Below are positions 25,733 to 33,805 of a stretch of DNA of 64,000 bases, piece by piece. The stretch's first letter is position 1; every line of letters starts with the position of its first letter. Below the pieces are notes generated by a model, which had not been told where the DNA came from, made no database searches, and worked only from the letters and a program-made list of their open reading frames with translations. This DNA is from a virus (Duplodnaviria > Caudoviricetes), in IMG/VR virus record IMGVR_UViG_3300013426_000018, positions 64,001-128,000 of that record; one strand, written 5' to 3'. The translations under genes were made by a program, and so were the position numbers.

Positions 25733-26624
25733 TAACTTTAAGGTTCTTGAATATATTTGCGGTATAACAGAAAAAGAATTGTTTAAGTTCATAAAAAAAT
25801 ATCTTCAGAATTTTGATTTTAACGCATTCTCGGGAGGTCCAAATCACTACGTTGCTTGGGGAAGCAGTATTATGTTAGTGGCTCATCTTGATACAGTTTT
25901 CCCATCTGTTCCTGATCAGCTCTTCTATGATAAGGAAAAGGATACCATTCTTGCTTTAGGCAATGGGGCAGGTTTTGATGATCGAGCAGGGGTTTACGCA
26001 ATTATTAAAATTCTAGAAAGAGTAACAGCATTAAATTTGCCCCTGCCCACAGTTATGTTTACTCTTGGTGAAGAAGATTTCGGTGTTGGGGCACGAGAAG
26101 CTGCAGAAGAGTATTATAATTTAGATAAGAATATTAAATATATGATTGAGCTTGATAGACAAGGAAAAGATGATTGCGTTTTTTATCAGTGTAGTAATAA
26201 ACAGTTTGAAAAATATATTAATTCTTTTGGATTTAAAACTCAAGCTGGCTCTTACTCAGATATCTCTTTTCTAATGGATAGTTTAAATGTCTGTGGCGTT
26301 AATCTATCTATTGGGTATTATAATGAACATAGTGACTATGAATACTTGCGGCCTAGTTATCTTGAAGATACAATTAATAAAGTTATTGAAATGCTGATTG
26401 ATGAAAAAAATGTTGTAGCTTTTAATTATTTGTCTAAAGGAAATAAAGCAGGAGCTTGTGCCAAATGTAAAAAGAATAGTAGAGAATTAATTAACGTTCA
26501 AGATAAGAAGTATTGCATTAATTGTGTATTAAAATTTTGTGAATACTGTCCTAATTGCGGAAATTTAATTGATATAGATAGAGTCCGTATTTGCCCAATT
26601 TGTCGAGAGGAGATTGTTTTTTAA
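25722..26624 (+). CDS. M28/M20-type zinc peptidase with C-terminal zinc finger
   Basis: VAHLDTV, GFDDRAG, GEE, ELDR, YYNEH motifs. Confidence 0.8.
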   Translation: MIINNFKVLEYICGITEKELFKFIKKYLQNFDFNAFSGGPNHYVAWGSSIMLVAHLDTVFPSVPDQLFYDKEKDTILALGNGAGFDDRAGVYAIIKILERVTALNLPLPTVMFTLGEEDFGVGAREAAEEYYNLDKNIKYMIELDRQGKDDCVFYQCSNKQFEKYINSFGFKTQAGSYSDISFLMDSLNVCGVNLSIGYYNEHSDYEYLRPSYLEDTINKVIEMLIDEKNVVAFNYLSKGNKAGACAKCKKNSRELINVQDKKYCINCVLKFCEYCPNCGNLIDIDRVRICPICREEIVF

Positions 26625-27186
26625 TGGCTATTAGAGGAACAGAAGCTAAAAATTATGTCACAAAAAAGATTCAAGAAGCTTTTGGGCCATCTTTTTTAGG
26701 AATTGTAGATAAAAAGTTATACGTTAGTGTAAAAGAAAATGGCGAGAATCTACAAGTGGCTATTTCTTTAACTTGTCCAAAAGAGAACTTGGAGTTTGCG
26801 GTTAATGATGCTACACAAAATGGCGGAGCAGTTTCCTCGCAAAATGGCGGAGCTGGATCCGCGCACTTTACCGCAAAAGAAATTGAAACTATTGAAGAAC
26901 TTATGAAACGAGTGGGCCTTTGAGTTAAAACTTAAAAAATGAAAATTCTTATATTATACAGAAATTGATAATATAAAAAATTTTTGGTATAATATCTTTG
27001 TAAGATAATATGAAATTACGGATTTAATATCCTCTTTTATATAAAAAAGTGTAATGGAGGAGCTTGTTATAGGCAAGTTTTACACTTTTTCTTTTCTTAC
27101 TTTTGAAATAAATAGACTATTTCCTATGACGAGTCTTTTGTTCTCGTTAGATTTTTTTCTACGTCATAGTTTACATATTTTTATAT

Positions 27187-27278
27187 GACAGTTTGAGTGA
27201 GTCAGGTTTAAACTAGTTGATTGCTAATCAACCGTGCCAGAAATAGCACCGCTGGTTCAAATCCAGCAACTGTCGCCA
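27187..27278 (+). tRNA. tRNA-Ser(GCT)
   Basis: Cloverleaf, GTTGA-TTGCTAA-TCAAC, long variable arm, GCCA end. Confidence 0.9.
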
Positions 27279-27458
27279 TATAGAAATTCTTACATGATTT
27301 AATTCTGTTTTAGCGGGCTATATGCCTGCTATTTTTGTAATGTAAAAATAACACTATATAAAAAAAATAAAAAATATAAGGGGAGCGTTGCTCTTTTTTG
27401 TTTTTATAAAAATTTTATGGTATAATATTTATATAAAAAAGTAAGGAGAATTACTTAA

Positions 27459-28268
27459 ATGGCTTCAAATATTAAGAAAAATAATCAATATTATGGAAAA
27501 TATAGAGAGTGCTGTGTTGTAGCTTGTTTAAATGATTCTCCTGTTGAATATTTTGAAAAATATATTTTCTCACAAGAAGAAAAAGATGATCTTTATCAAG
27601 ATGGTAAAATTATTGCTGACTATTTAGGGGATCATAAGGCTACTTATAGTGGCAATCACACTGCTACTGCGGCAGGAGATATCATTCTAGATAATGGTGA
27701 AACTATTGAATTAAAGTGCATTAGTGCGGGAACAGGGACATATTTTAATACAAGCATTTATTATTTTCAAAAATTTGGATTTAATTTTAAAGATTATATG
27801 GAAAAGTATGGTTTTTACCAGCTTTTGGAAAATAACTTTGGAAAGATCTTTAAAATTAATAGAAAAAATAATTCTCCTATATCACAGCCCAATTCTTCTG
27901 CTATTCGACATAATTACATTGATATTTATAATGAAATTATTGTTCCCGCAGATAAACGAATAAGAGAGTATTTCGTTAAAGACTTAGTAAAATACTTTAT
28001 GGCTCATACTGATAAAATGTATGAATTTATTAATGATATGTTAAATAAAAAAACTGATACTTGTGATAAAGGATCACCAGATAGATTAATTATTTATAAT
28101 TATTCTAAAAAGAAAATTAAAGAAATTAATCTAAGAGATTTTTTTAAAGATGGAGAGATTATTATAACAGATAAAGGATTCAAAATTGGTAATGTCCGTT
28201 TTGCTATTGGTTGGCAAAATGGTAATGGACTTAATAATCCTACTATTCGAGTATTTTTGGAGGACTAA
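27459..28268 (+). CDS. Putative restriction endonuclease (PD-(D/E)xK)
   Basis: AGDIILDNGETIELKC motif; directly upstream of a methyltransferase. Confidence 0.55.
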   Translation: MASNIKKNNQYYGKYRECCVVACLNDSPVEYFEKYIFSQEEKDDLYQDGKIIADYLGDHKATYSGNHTATAAGDIILDNGETIELKCISAGTGTYFNTSIYYFQKFGFNFKDYMEKYGFYQLLENNFGKIFKINRKNNSPISQPNSSAIRHNYIDIYNEIIVPADKRIREYFVKDLVKYFMAHTDKMYEFINDMLNKKTDTCDKGSPDRLIIYNYSKKKIKEINLRDFFKDGEIIITDKGFKIGNVRFAIGWQNGNGLNNPTIRVFLED

Positions 28269-29132
28269 ATGGGACTAGATAAATTTTATACTTAGAAAGA
28301 AGTAGCTAAACAGTGTATTAATTTCTTAAAAGAAAAAGTTAATCTTACAAAAAAAGCTTCCTTTTTAGAGCCAAGTGCTGGAAATGGTGCTTTTTTAGAT
28401 TATCTTGATAATTATTTGGCTATCGATATTAAACCAGAAGATGACAGAATAAAAGAACAAGATTTTTTTGATTTTTCTTCTGACAAAAAAGATTATATAA
28501 CAATAGGTAATCCTCCTTTTGGAAAACGTTCTAAGATGGCTATTGATTTCTTTAATAAAGCCAGTCAATTTTCTGAAATAATTGCTTTTATCGTCCCTGT
28601 TTCTTTTATGAAATGGAGTGTTCAAAAAGTCCTTGATAAAAATTTTGCTTTAATTGATTATTTTTATTTAAATCCATGTTCTTTTTTAGAGAATGGAAAA
28701 CCGTTTGAAGTAAGAACTGTTTTTCAAATTTGGGTAAAAAAAAGTGGTCAATTCTATAAAGGAAAAGATCTACAGTTAAAGAAATCTCCTCCAATTTCTC
28801 ACAAAGATTTTCTCATTTGGCAATATAATGCCACCCCAGAAGCCATAAAATATATAGATGAAGATTGGGAAATTGCCACTTATCGACAAGGATATCATGA
28901 TTATAACAATCTTTTTTATAGAAAAGATTATGATTATATAAAAGAGAAAATGACCGGGCAAAAAAAGCAACAATTCTTTTTTATAAAACCATTAACTGAT
29001 GCCGCAAGAGAGATCATTCTCAATATGGATTTTAATCTTCTTGCCGAAAGGAATACTTCTACTCCTGGCTTTGGTAAAGGCGATTTTGTTAGTTATTATG
29101 AAGAAATGTTTGAAAAAGCAAAAATTTTATGA
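28269..29132 (+). CDS. N6-adenine/N4-cytosine DNA methyltransferase (single TAG at codon 9)
   Basis: DKFYT(Q)KEVA, FLEPSAGNGAF, IGNPPFG motifs. Confidence 0.85.
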
Positions 29133-29420
29133 TATAATATTTATGTAAAAAGATAAGGAGATATGAAAATGCCTAACGGATTTACTAAATATTATAATAC
29201 GGCTCCAAAGCTCAATAGTAAAGCACAGCAGTCTAAAAAGGCCAATGAGAGAACTTATGAAAAAGTTGTTTGTGCTGGATGTGGTAAGTCTAATGTAACG
29301 CTTTATAAGACTGTTTTTGGCACTTATGAGTGTAAGGATTGTAAAAATTCTTGCGAACTTAGACGGGCTGATACAGAAGTTTGAAAAATTAAAAAATTTA
29401 TGTTATAATATATACATAAG

Positions 29421-29498
29421 TTAAGTGGGTAGTTTAAGGCAAAACATCTTCCTAGGTAAAGATATGCTTGGTTAGCGACCGGCGCAAGCCCCACTTGA
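29421..29498 (+). ncRNA. tRNA-like structured RNA (non-canonical)
   Basis: TTAAGTGGG/CCCACTTGA closing stem, D-like arm, ATCTT/AAGAT arm with 8-nt loop, enlarged T-like arm; first item after a promoter. Confidence 0.4.
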
Positions 29499-29503
29499 GA
29501 TAT

Positions 29504-29579
29504 CCGGGTGTAACTCAGTTGCTAGAGTGCGCGGTTTGGGTCCGCGATGCCGTGAGTTGAAGTCTCACCACTCGGACCA
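29504..29579 (+). tRNA. tRNA-Pro(TGG)
   Basis: CGCGG-TTTGGGT-CCGCG, CCA end. Confidence 0.9.
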
Positions 29580-29681
29580 GGTATTAAGGAGTTCTTTAGT
29601 GACTTTGTTATTAATTTGAAAAAATAAAAAATTTATGTTATAATATATTTACAAAAGCTAAGGGGCTGTGCTCCTTAAATA

Positions 29682-29756
29682 TAGCCGATTGGTGTAATAG
29701 TAGCACGAGAGCCTTTGAAGCTTAAGGAGAGGGAGCATAACCTTCATCGGCTGCCA
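29682..29756 (+). tRNA. tRNA-Gln(TTG)
   Basis: Anticodon loop CTTTGAA, CCA end. Confidence 0.8.
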
Positions 29757-29773
29757 TAAACATTTAAAAGCAC

Positions 29774-29860
29774 GCGGATATGACGTAATAGGTAGCCGTA
29801 GCAGCCTTAGAAGCTGCCGAGAGATATCTCGTGGGAGTCCGAGTCTCCCTATCCGCACCA
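29774..29860 (+). tRNA. tRNA-Leu(TAG)
   Basis: GCAGC-CTTAGAA-GCTGC, long variable arm, ACCA. Confidence 0.9.
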
Positions 29861-30064
29861 TAAAGATATCCAAAAGGAGAACTATTATGAATAATTTGGA
29901 AATTGAACTTTTGAAAAATCGTATTCATCTTCTTACTCAGCGTGATCCAGTAGGAAACGCAAAGATTATTAAGAAGTTGGAACGTAAGCTTCGGGCGTTT
30001 TGTGGTTGAAAATAAAAAAATTATGATATAATATATATAAATTGAAGGGCGAAGCCCTTCAAAA

Positions 30065-30139
30065 AAGGCACATACAGCAATAACTTTTTAAAGAAAAACA
30101 TTAATTTTGGGTATTAATAAGTTTAATTTAAGGTGCCTT
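30065..30139 (+). ncRNA. ACAGCAA stem RNA copy 1
   Basis: AAGGCAC/GTGCCTT stem, ACAGCAA, internal TTAAT-TTTGGGT-ATTAA anticodon-like arm. Confidence 0.7.
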
Positions 30140-30145
30140 GTATAT

Positions 30146-30220
30146 GCTGGTGTAGCTCAGAGACAGAGCAACACTCTTGTAAAGTGTAGGTCGAGATTTT
30201 GAAATTCTCCACCAGCTCCA
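30146..30220 (+). tRNA. tRNA-Thr(TGT)
   Basis: ACACT-CTTGTAA-AGTGT, CCA end. Confidence 0.85.
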
Positions 30221-30322
30221 TGAACCGACATGTTTTAAAACTGCTGCCTACATGGTCTATGCGAGGCTTAATTGAGAAGAGGACCGAGAGAACCTGGGCA
30301 TTGTTTGAAAAAGGCCCTATAT

Positions 30323-30397
30323 GCAGGTGTGATGTAATTGGCAACATTTCACTCTTCCAAAGTGACTTTGAGGAATCGTACTCCTTCACCTGCTCCA
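30323..30397 (+). tRNA. tRNA-Gly(TCC)
   Basis: TCACT-CTTCCAA-AGTGA, TCCA end. Confidence 0.85.
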
Positions 30398-30400
30398 TAT

Positions 30401-30478
30401 GGCGCTATAGTTTACGTTTGGTTAGAACTTCGGGCCTTCAACCCGAGGAACCCAGTCCGACTCTGGGTAGCGTCACCA
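30401..30478 (+). tRNA. tRNA-Glu(TTC)
   Basis: TCGGG-CCTTCAA-CCCGA, CCA end. Confidence 0.8.
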
Positions 30479-30557
30479 AGGAAAAAATTTGAAAAAATAA
30501 AAAATTTATGTTATAATATATTTACAAAAGATAAGAAAAGGAAAAGGTGTTAAAAAT

Positions 30558-30914
30558 ATGGCTCGTTATAAGTTTTATGATTATAATGATAAAGATTCTG
30601 ACTCTCATGTAGTTGTATGCGTGAGTTCTTATGCAGGCAAACCTGTTAAGGGTCGTGCAAAGTGTTCTCCTATGGACGAATTTGATTTTAATAAAGGCAA
30701 GGAGTTGGCACAAGCTCGTTGTGACGCAGTAATTGCGGAAAAGCGTAAGAAGAGAGCTATGTCTAAGGTAATTGATGCTTATAATGCTTATACTGAAGCT
30801 TCTTTTTATCTAGAAGATATGGATCGGTATGCTAAGGATTCTGTAGTTGCTTGCCGAGAAGCGAAGGAGTATTTGGAGGAATTGGAAAAGAATATGTTAT
30901 CCGGGGAAATTTAA
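30558..30914 (+). CDS. Hypothetical phage protein
   Basis: 118 aa ORF after a promoter; KGRAKCSPMDEFDFNKGKELA. Confidence 0.6.
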   Translation: MARYKFYDYNDKDSDSHVVVCVSSYAGKPVKGRAKCSPMDEFDFNKGKELAQARCDAVIAEKRKKRAMSKVIDAYNAYTEASFYLEDMDRYAKDSVVACREAKEYLEELEKNMLSGEI

Positions 30915-30929
30915 TTTTTCCCTCTGAAT

Positions 30930-31020
30930 CGATGGGTGGCCGAGCGGCTTAAGGCGATAGTCCTGAAAACTATTGACCGTGATGAGCGGTCCGTCAGTTC
31001 AAATCTGACCCCATCGGCCA
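30930..31020 (+). tRNA. tRNA-Ser(TGA)
   Basis: ATAGT-CCTGAAA-ACTAT, long variable arm, GCCA. Confidence 0.85.
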
Positions 31021-31025
31021 TCTAA

Positions 31026-31094
31026 AAGGCTCACACAGCAATCTTTAATGCTTGCAAAGCGATAGACTGGTAATCTATTTTTATTATGAGCCTT
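31026..31094 (+). ncRNA. ACAGCAA stem RNA copy 2
   Basis: AAGGCTCA/TGAGCCTT stem; internal ATAGA-CTGGTAA-TCTAT arm. Confidence 0.7.
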
Positions 31095-31124
31095 AAGGGT
31101 GATATTCTCAGTATCACCCAGTAT

Positions 31125-31214
31125 GCTCCTGTAGCTCAATAGGTAGAGCCCTCCCCTTATAAGAGAGACGCCCTCACAAGGTATATGATGGATCATACCC
31201 ATCCAGGAGCACCA
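31125..31214 (+). tRNA. tRNA-Ile(TAT) with unusually long variable region
   Basis: CTCCC-CTTATAA-GAGAG, GCTCCTG/CAGGAGC acceptor, ACCA. Confidence 0.75.
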
Positions 31215-31217
31215 TAA

Positions 31218-31277
31218 AAGACGCCTGCAGCAATACTTTGATGAAAAATTTGCAGAATAAGTTTTTTGAAGTGTCTT
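31218..31277 (+). ncRNA. ACAGCAA stem RNA copy 3 (GCAGCAA variant)
   Basis: AAGACGC/GTGTCTT stem; internal TTGCAGA loop. Confidence 0.65.
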
Positions 31278-31283
31278 GCTTAT

Positions 31284-31361
31284 GAGTTTGTCGTATAACT
31301 AATATGTTCAGCTATATAGAGGTGCTGAAAGATATAAGTTTAAATCTTATTAAACTCACCA
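31284..31361 (+). ncRNA. Degenerate tRNA-like element with enlarged anticodon loop
   Basis: GAGTTT/AAACTC-ACCA acceptor, TTCAGC/GCTGAA arm with 11-nt loop, ATAAG/CTTAT T-arm. Confidence 0.55.
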
Positions 31362-31396
31362 AAAGTAATACTACAAAGAAAGTGAGGTAAAAGACA

Positions 31397-31675
31397 ATGG
31401 TAATTAAGCAGTTTTAGAATGGCAAATATTCTTATAATTATAAGAAATATATTGCCGATACAAATGAAGATGTTGCAAAGATTCCTGTTGATATTAATGG
31501 CTCAATGATTGGCTGTGAAGCTTATGTAGTTACTACTGGAAAGACTTACGTTCTTGGTAGTGGAAAGATTTGGTATGCTTCAACGGGTGAGAAAATCGAA
31601 TGTGGGTGTAAGGATGTGGTTTCTGAATCGACTATTTGGGAGCCTGTTAGTTCACCTGATGAAAAGAATCCTTGA
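31397..31675 (+). CDS. Small hypothetical protein (1 TAG)
   Basis: GAGGT RBS, open to TGA with TAG=Gln. Confidence 0.55.
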
Positions 31676-31736
31676 AAAAATAAAAAATTTTTGGTATAAT
31701 ATTTATACAAGTTAAGTGAACGAAGTTTACTTTAAA

Positions 31737-31858
31737 AAGGCACTTACAGCAATCTTTTAATATAAAAAAGTTATATGTTATGGGTTTGATTTCCATTAAT
31801 TCCAATTGGGATTATAGCTCAACTGGTAGAGCGATAATTATTTTAATTTATGTGCCTT
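31737..31858 (+). ncRNA. ACAGCAA stem RNA copy 4
   Basis: AAGGCAC/GTGCCTT stem enclosing a T-arm-like hairpin followed by a tRNA 5' segment (TAGCTCAACTGGTAGAGCG). Confidence 0.7.
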
Positions 31859-31887
31859 GCGGGCATCGAAAGGTGCTCATTAGATAT

Positions 31888-32183
31888 TGGGGAGTAGCGC
31901 AATTGGCAGAGCGAAGGTCTCTTGGATACTTCTGGACATCAAGTCGGGAAACTACTTGATGAATGTCGGCTAACTCGGTGAAACTCTTTTTTAAGACAAC
32001 GCCGAACTAAGTTTAAGTCTTATTAGATTTAATAAATGCGTAGAGAGCATATACCGACCCCTAAGTCAGTAATGATATGGTGAAGACGTGCTCCGGACTA
32101 CAACGATATTTGATATCGGCTATAGTGATATAGAGTAGTGTGAAAACCTTAGGTTGTGGGATCGTACCCCACCTCCCCCGCCA
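31888..32183 (+). tRNA. Intron-containing tRNA, most likely amber suppressor tRNA-Gln(CTA); exons 31888-31922 and 32143-32183
   Basis: Spliced arm AAGGT-CTCT|AAA-ACCTT; 1:72 mismatch, G2-C71, G3-C70, G73, short variable loop. Confidence 0.75.
31923..32142 (+). mobile_element. Group I intron in suppressor tRNA
   Basis: Exon ends in U, intron ends in G; P3 GTCGG/CCGAC, P7 GAGCAT/GTGCTC; core similar to intron 32394-32645. Confidence 0.8.
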
Positions 32184-32227
32184 TTGGGTGTCTATTATGA
32201 CACTTATGGCGTTCCGCAGGAACGCAA

Positions 32228-32333
32228 TAGACGTTAACAGCAATTTTATAATATTAAAAAGAAAAGTTTTTCATATTTTTTATACACTCCTTTTCAACTG
32301 TGCCTCTCGCAGGTAAATTCATTAAAGCGTCTA
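32228..32333 (+). ncRNA. ACAGCAA stem RNA copy 5
   Basis: TAGACGTT/AGCGTCTA stem with ACAGCAA. Confidence 0.65.
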
Positions 32334-32358
32334 GTGATTTAAAATTGTAATTTAATAT

Positions 32359-32687
32359 GGCCCATTATCCCAATCGGTAGAGGAAGAGGACTTTGATGTG
32401 TTTCTTACTTTAAAGTAAGCTACTTTTTTAGTAGAGAGTGCCTAAGAGGAAACTCTTAGAGTAGAAGCTGGCTAAAACGGCGAAGGCAAACACAAAACGC
32501 CGTGCTAAGTTTAAATCTTATTAGATTTAATAAATGTGTAGAGAGTATATACCAGCTACCTAAACCAGAAATGGCATGGTAAAGACGTATTCCGGACTAC
32601 AACTTATTTTTATTAACAAGGCCATGGTAACATGGAGTAGTGTCGAAAATCCTTACAGTGTGGATTCGAATTCCACATGGGCTACCA
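32359..32687 (+). tRNA. Intron-containing tRNA-Leu(TAA); exons 32359-32393 and 32646-32687
   Basis: Spliced arm GAGGA-CTT|AAAA-TCCTT; canonical TTCGAAT T loop; ACCA. Confidence 0.8.
32394..32645 (+). mobile_element. Group I intron in tRNA-Leu(TAA)
   Basis: U/G boundaries, P3 AGCTGG/CCAGCT, GAG guide pairing with CUU. Confidence 0.8.
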
Positions 32688-32716
32688 GGAATACCCCCTC
32701 GATATGAGGGGATATT

Positions 32717-32810
32717 CAAGACATATACAGCAACTCTTTAATGAATAACAAAAAATTCTGATAAAATTTTTTTAAGTGGGTTCAAATCCCGCAAACTTAA
32801 ATGTGTCTTG
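32717..32810 (+). ncRNA. ACAGCAA stem RNA copy 6
   Basis: CAAGACATA/TGTGTCTTG stem; internal AATT-CTGATAA-AATT arm and GTGGG-TTCAAAT-CCCGC T-arm. Confidence 0.75.
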
Positions 32811-32839
32811 TCTTAAATTTGTAGTTTTGTTACAAACAT

Positions 32840-32985
32840 GCGAATGTAGCTCAGCGGCAGAGCATCGCCCTTTATCTGGTTCGATTAATGAAAGTCACTA
32901 AACTTATTTTAGTTATGTTAGTTCAAGTCTAACACCAGATTCCATAAGGCGAGGGTCGAGGGATCAGCACCCTCCATTCGCACCA
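32840..32985 (+). tRNA. Outer tRNA (predicted Lys TTT) interrupted by a nested tRNA-like insert
   Basis: GCGAATG/CATTCGC-ACCA acceptor, D arm, TCGCC/GGCGA anticodon stem flanking a 71-nt insert. Confidence 0.7.
32874..32944 (+). ncRNA. Inner tRNA-like element nested in the anticodon loop
   Basis: ATCTGGT/ACCAGAT-T-CCA acceptor, GATT/AGTC D arm, GTTAG-TTCAAGT-CTAAC T arm. Confidence 0.75.
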
Positions 32986-33006
32986 GCTTCCTTTCATGGC
33001 AATCAA

Positions 33007-33086
33007 AAGACAGCTACAGCAAATTTTTTATGAAAAAGTTTTAATATAGAAGATATTTGGGGATTCCTTTCAATTTATACTGTCTT
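33007..33086 (+). ncRNA. ACAGCAA stem RNA copy 7
   Basis: AAGACAG/CTGTCTT stem with ACAGCAA. Confidence 0.65.
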
Positions 33087-33507
33087 GTTCTTGAAAAATA
33101 AAAAAATTTATGCTATAATATATATAGAAAAATTGAGAAATTATATTTCTCAAAAAGGTAAAGTAAATCTATATATATTATAGCATATTTTTTATTTTAG
33201 GAGTTGTTAAAAATGGTTTTTGGATTATTGTTTTTTCTCTGATTTTACCCTTTTTGTTTATTTTAAAACTATTTTTGATAAAATTAAATATAGAATCTTT
33301 AAGAAGATTACTTATTGGAAAGAGAAAAAGTATGAGCAGCAAAAAAAAAGCAATCCATTCTATCTGCTAAAACTGCTGAAATGATGCGAGTATGGTCTGA
33401 AGATATTGAATCTTATAAACTTGAAAGTATTAAAGAACTACAGTCTATAATTGATGAAAATAATAAAAAGATTAATGAGTATAAAAAACGTGTGGAGGAA
33501 TTAAAAA

Positions 33508-33750
33508 ATGAAACTTAAGAACTCTAAGGAGATTGCAGCTTTTGAAAAGGCAATTGCCTCTTGCTCTGGTGAAGTATGGCTTGAAACCCCAAATGGGGAT
33601 AAGCTAAACCTAAAATCCCTTTATTGTAAATATATTGCTATCGATAAGATGCTAGAAGATAAGGGAGATGATCTTGAACTCTTCTGTCAGTATAAAGAAG
33701 ATGAAAGACTGTTCTTTGATTTCTTTAGCAATTATCCAGACGCACTTTAA
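33508..33750 (+). CDS. Small protein, possibly HPr-like fold
   Basis: CSGEVWLETPNGDKLNLKS resembles the HPr-like v.l....vnaKS segment. Confidence 0.4.
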   Translation: MKLKNSKEIAAFEKAIASCSGEVWLETPNGDKLNLKSLYCKYIAIDKMLEDKGDDLELFCQYKEDERLFFDFFSNYPDAL

Positions 33751-33805
33751 ATAAAAATATAAACCTACAGACTTGAAAAAGTCCAAGAGAAAAGGAGATA
33801 AAAAT

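Noticed and set aside
29774-29860. tRNA with TAG in its loop as the amber suppressor
   Set aside because: Anticodon UAG reads CUA (Leu); a suppressor needs anticodon CUA
29658-32243. ORF-track entries overlapping the tRNA cluster (29658, 30123, 30199, 30338, 30999, 32061)
   Set aside because: Shadow ORFs of tRNA and intron sequence
32874-32944. Nested insert as a group I/II or archaeal BHB intron
   Set aside because: Too short, no P7 or domain V core, no terminal G, and it folds as a tRNA with CCA
30065-33086. ACAGCAA repeats as a CRISPR array
   Set aside because: Irregular spacing, interleaved with tRNAs, covarying rather than identical repeats, and no cas genes in the window
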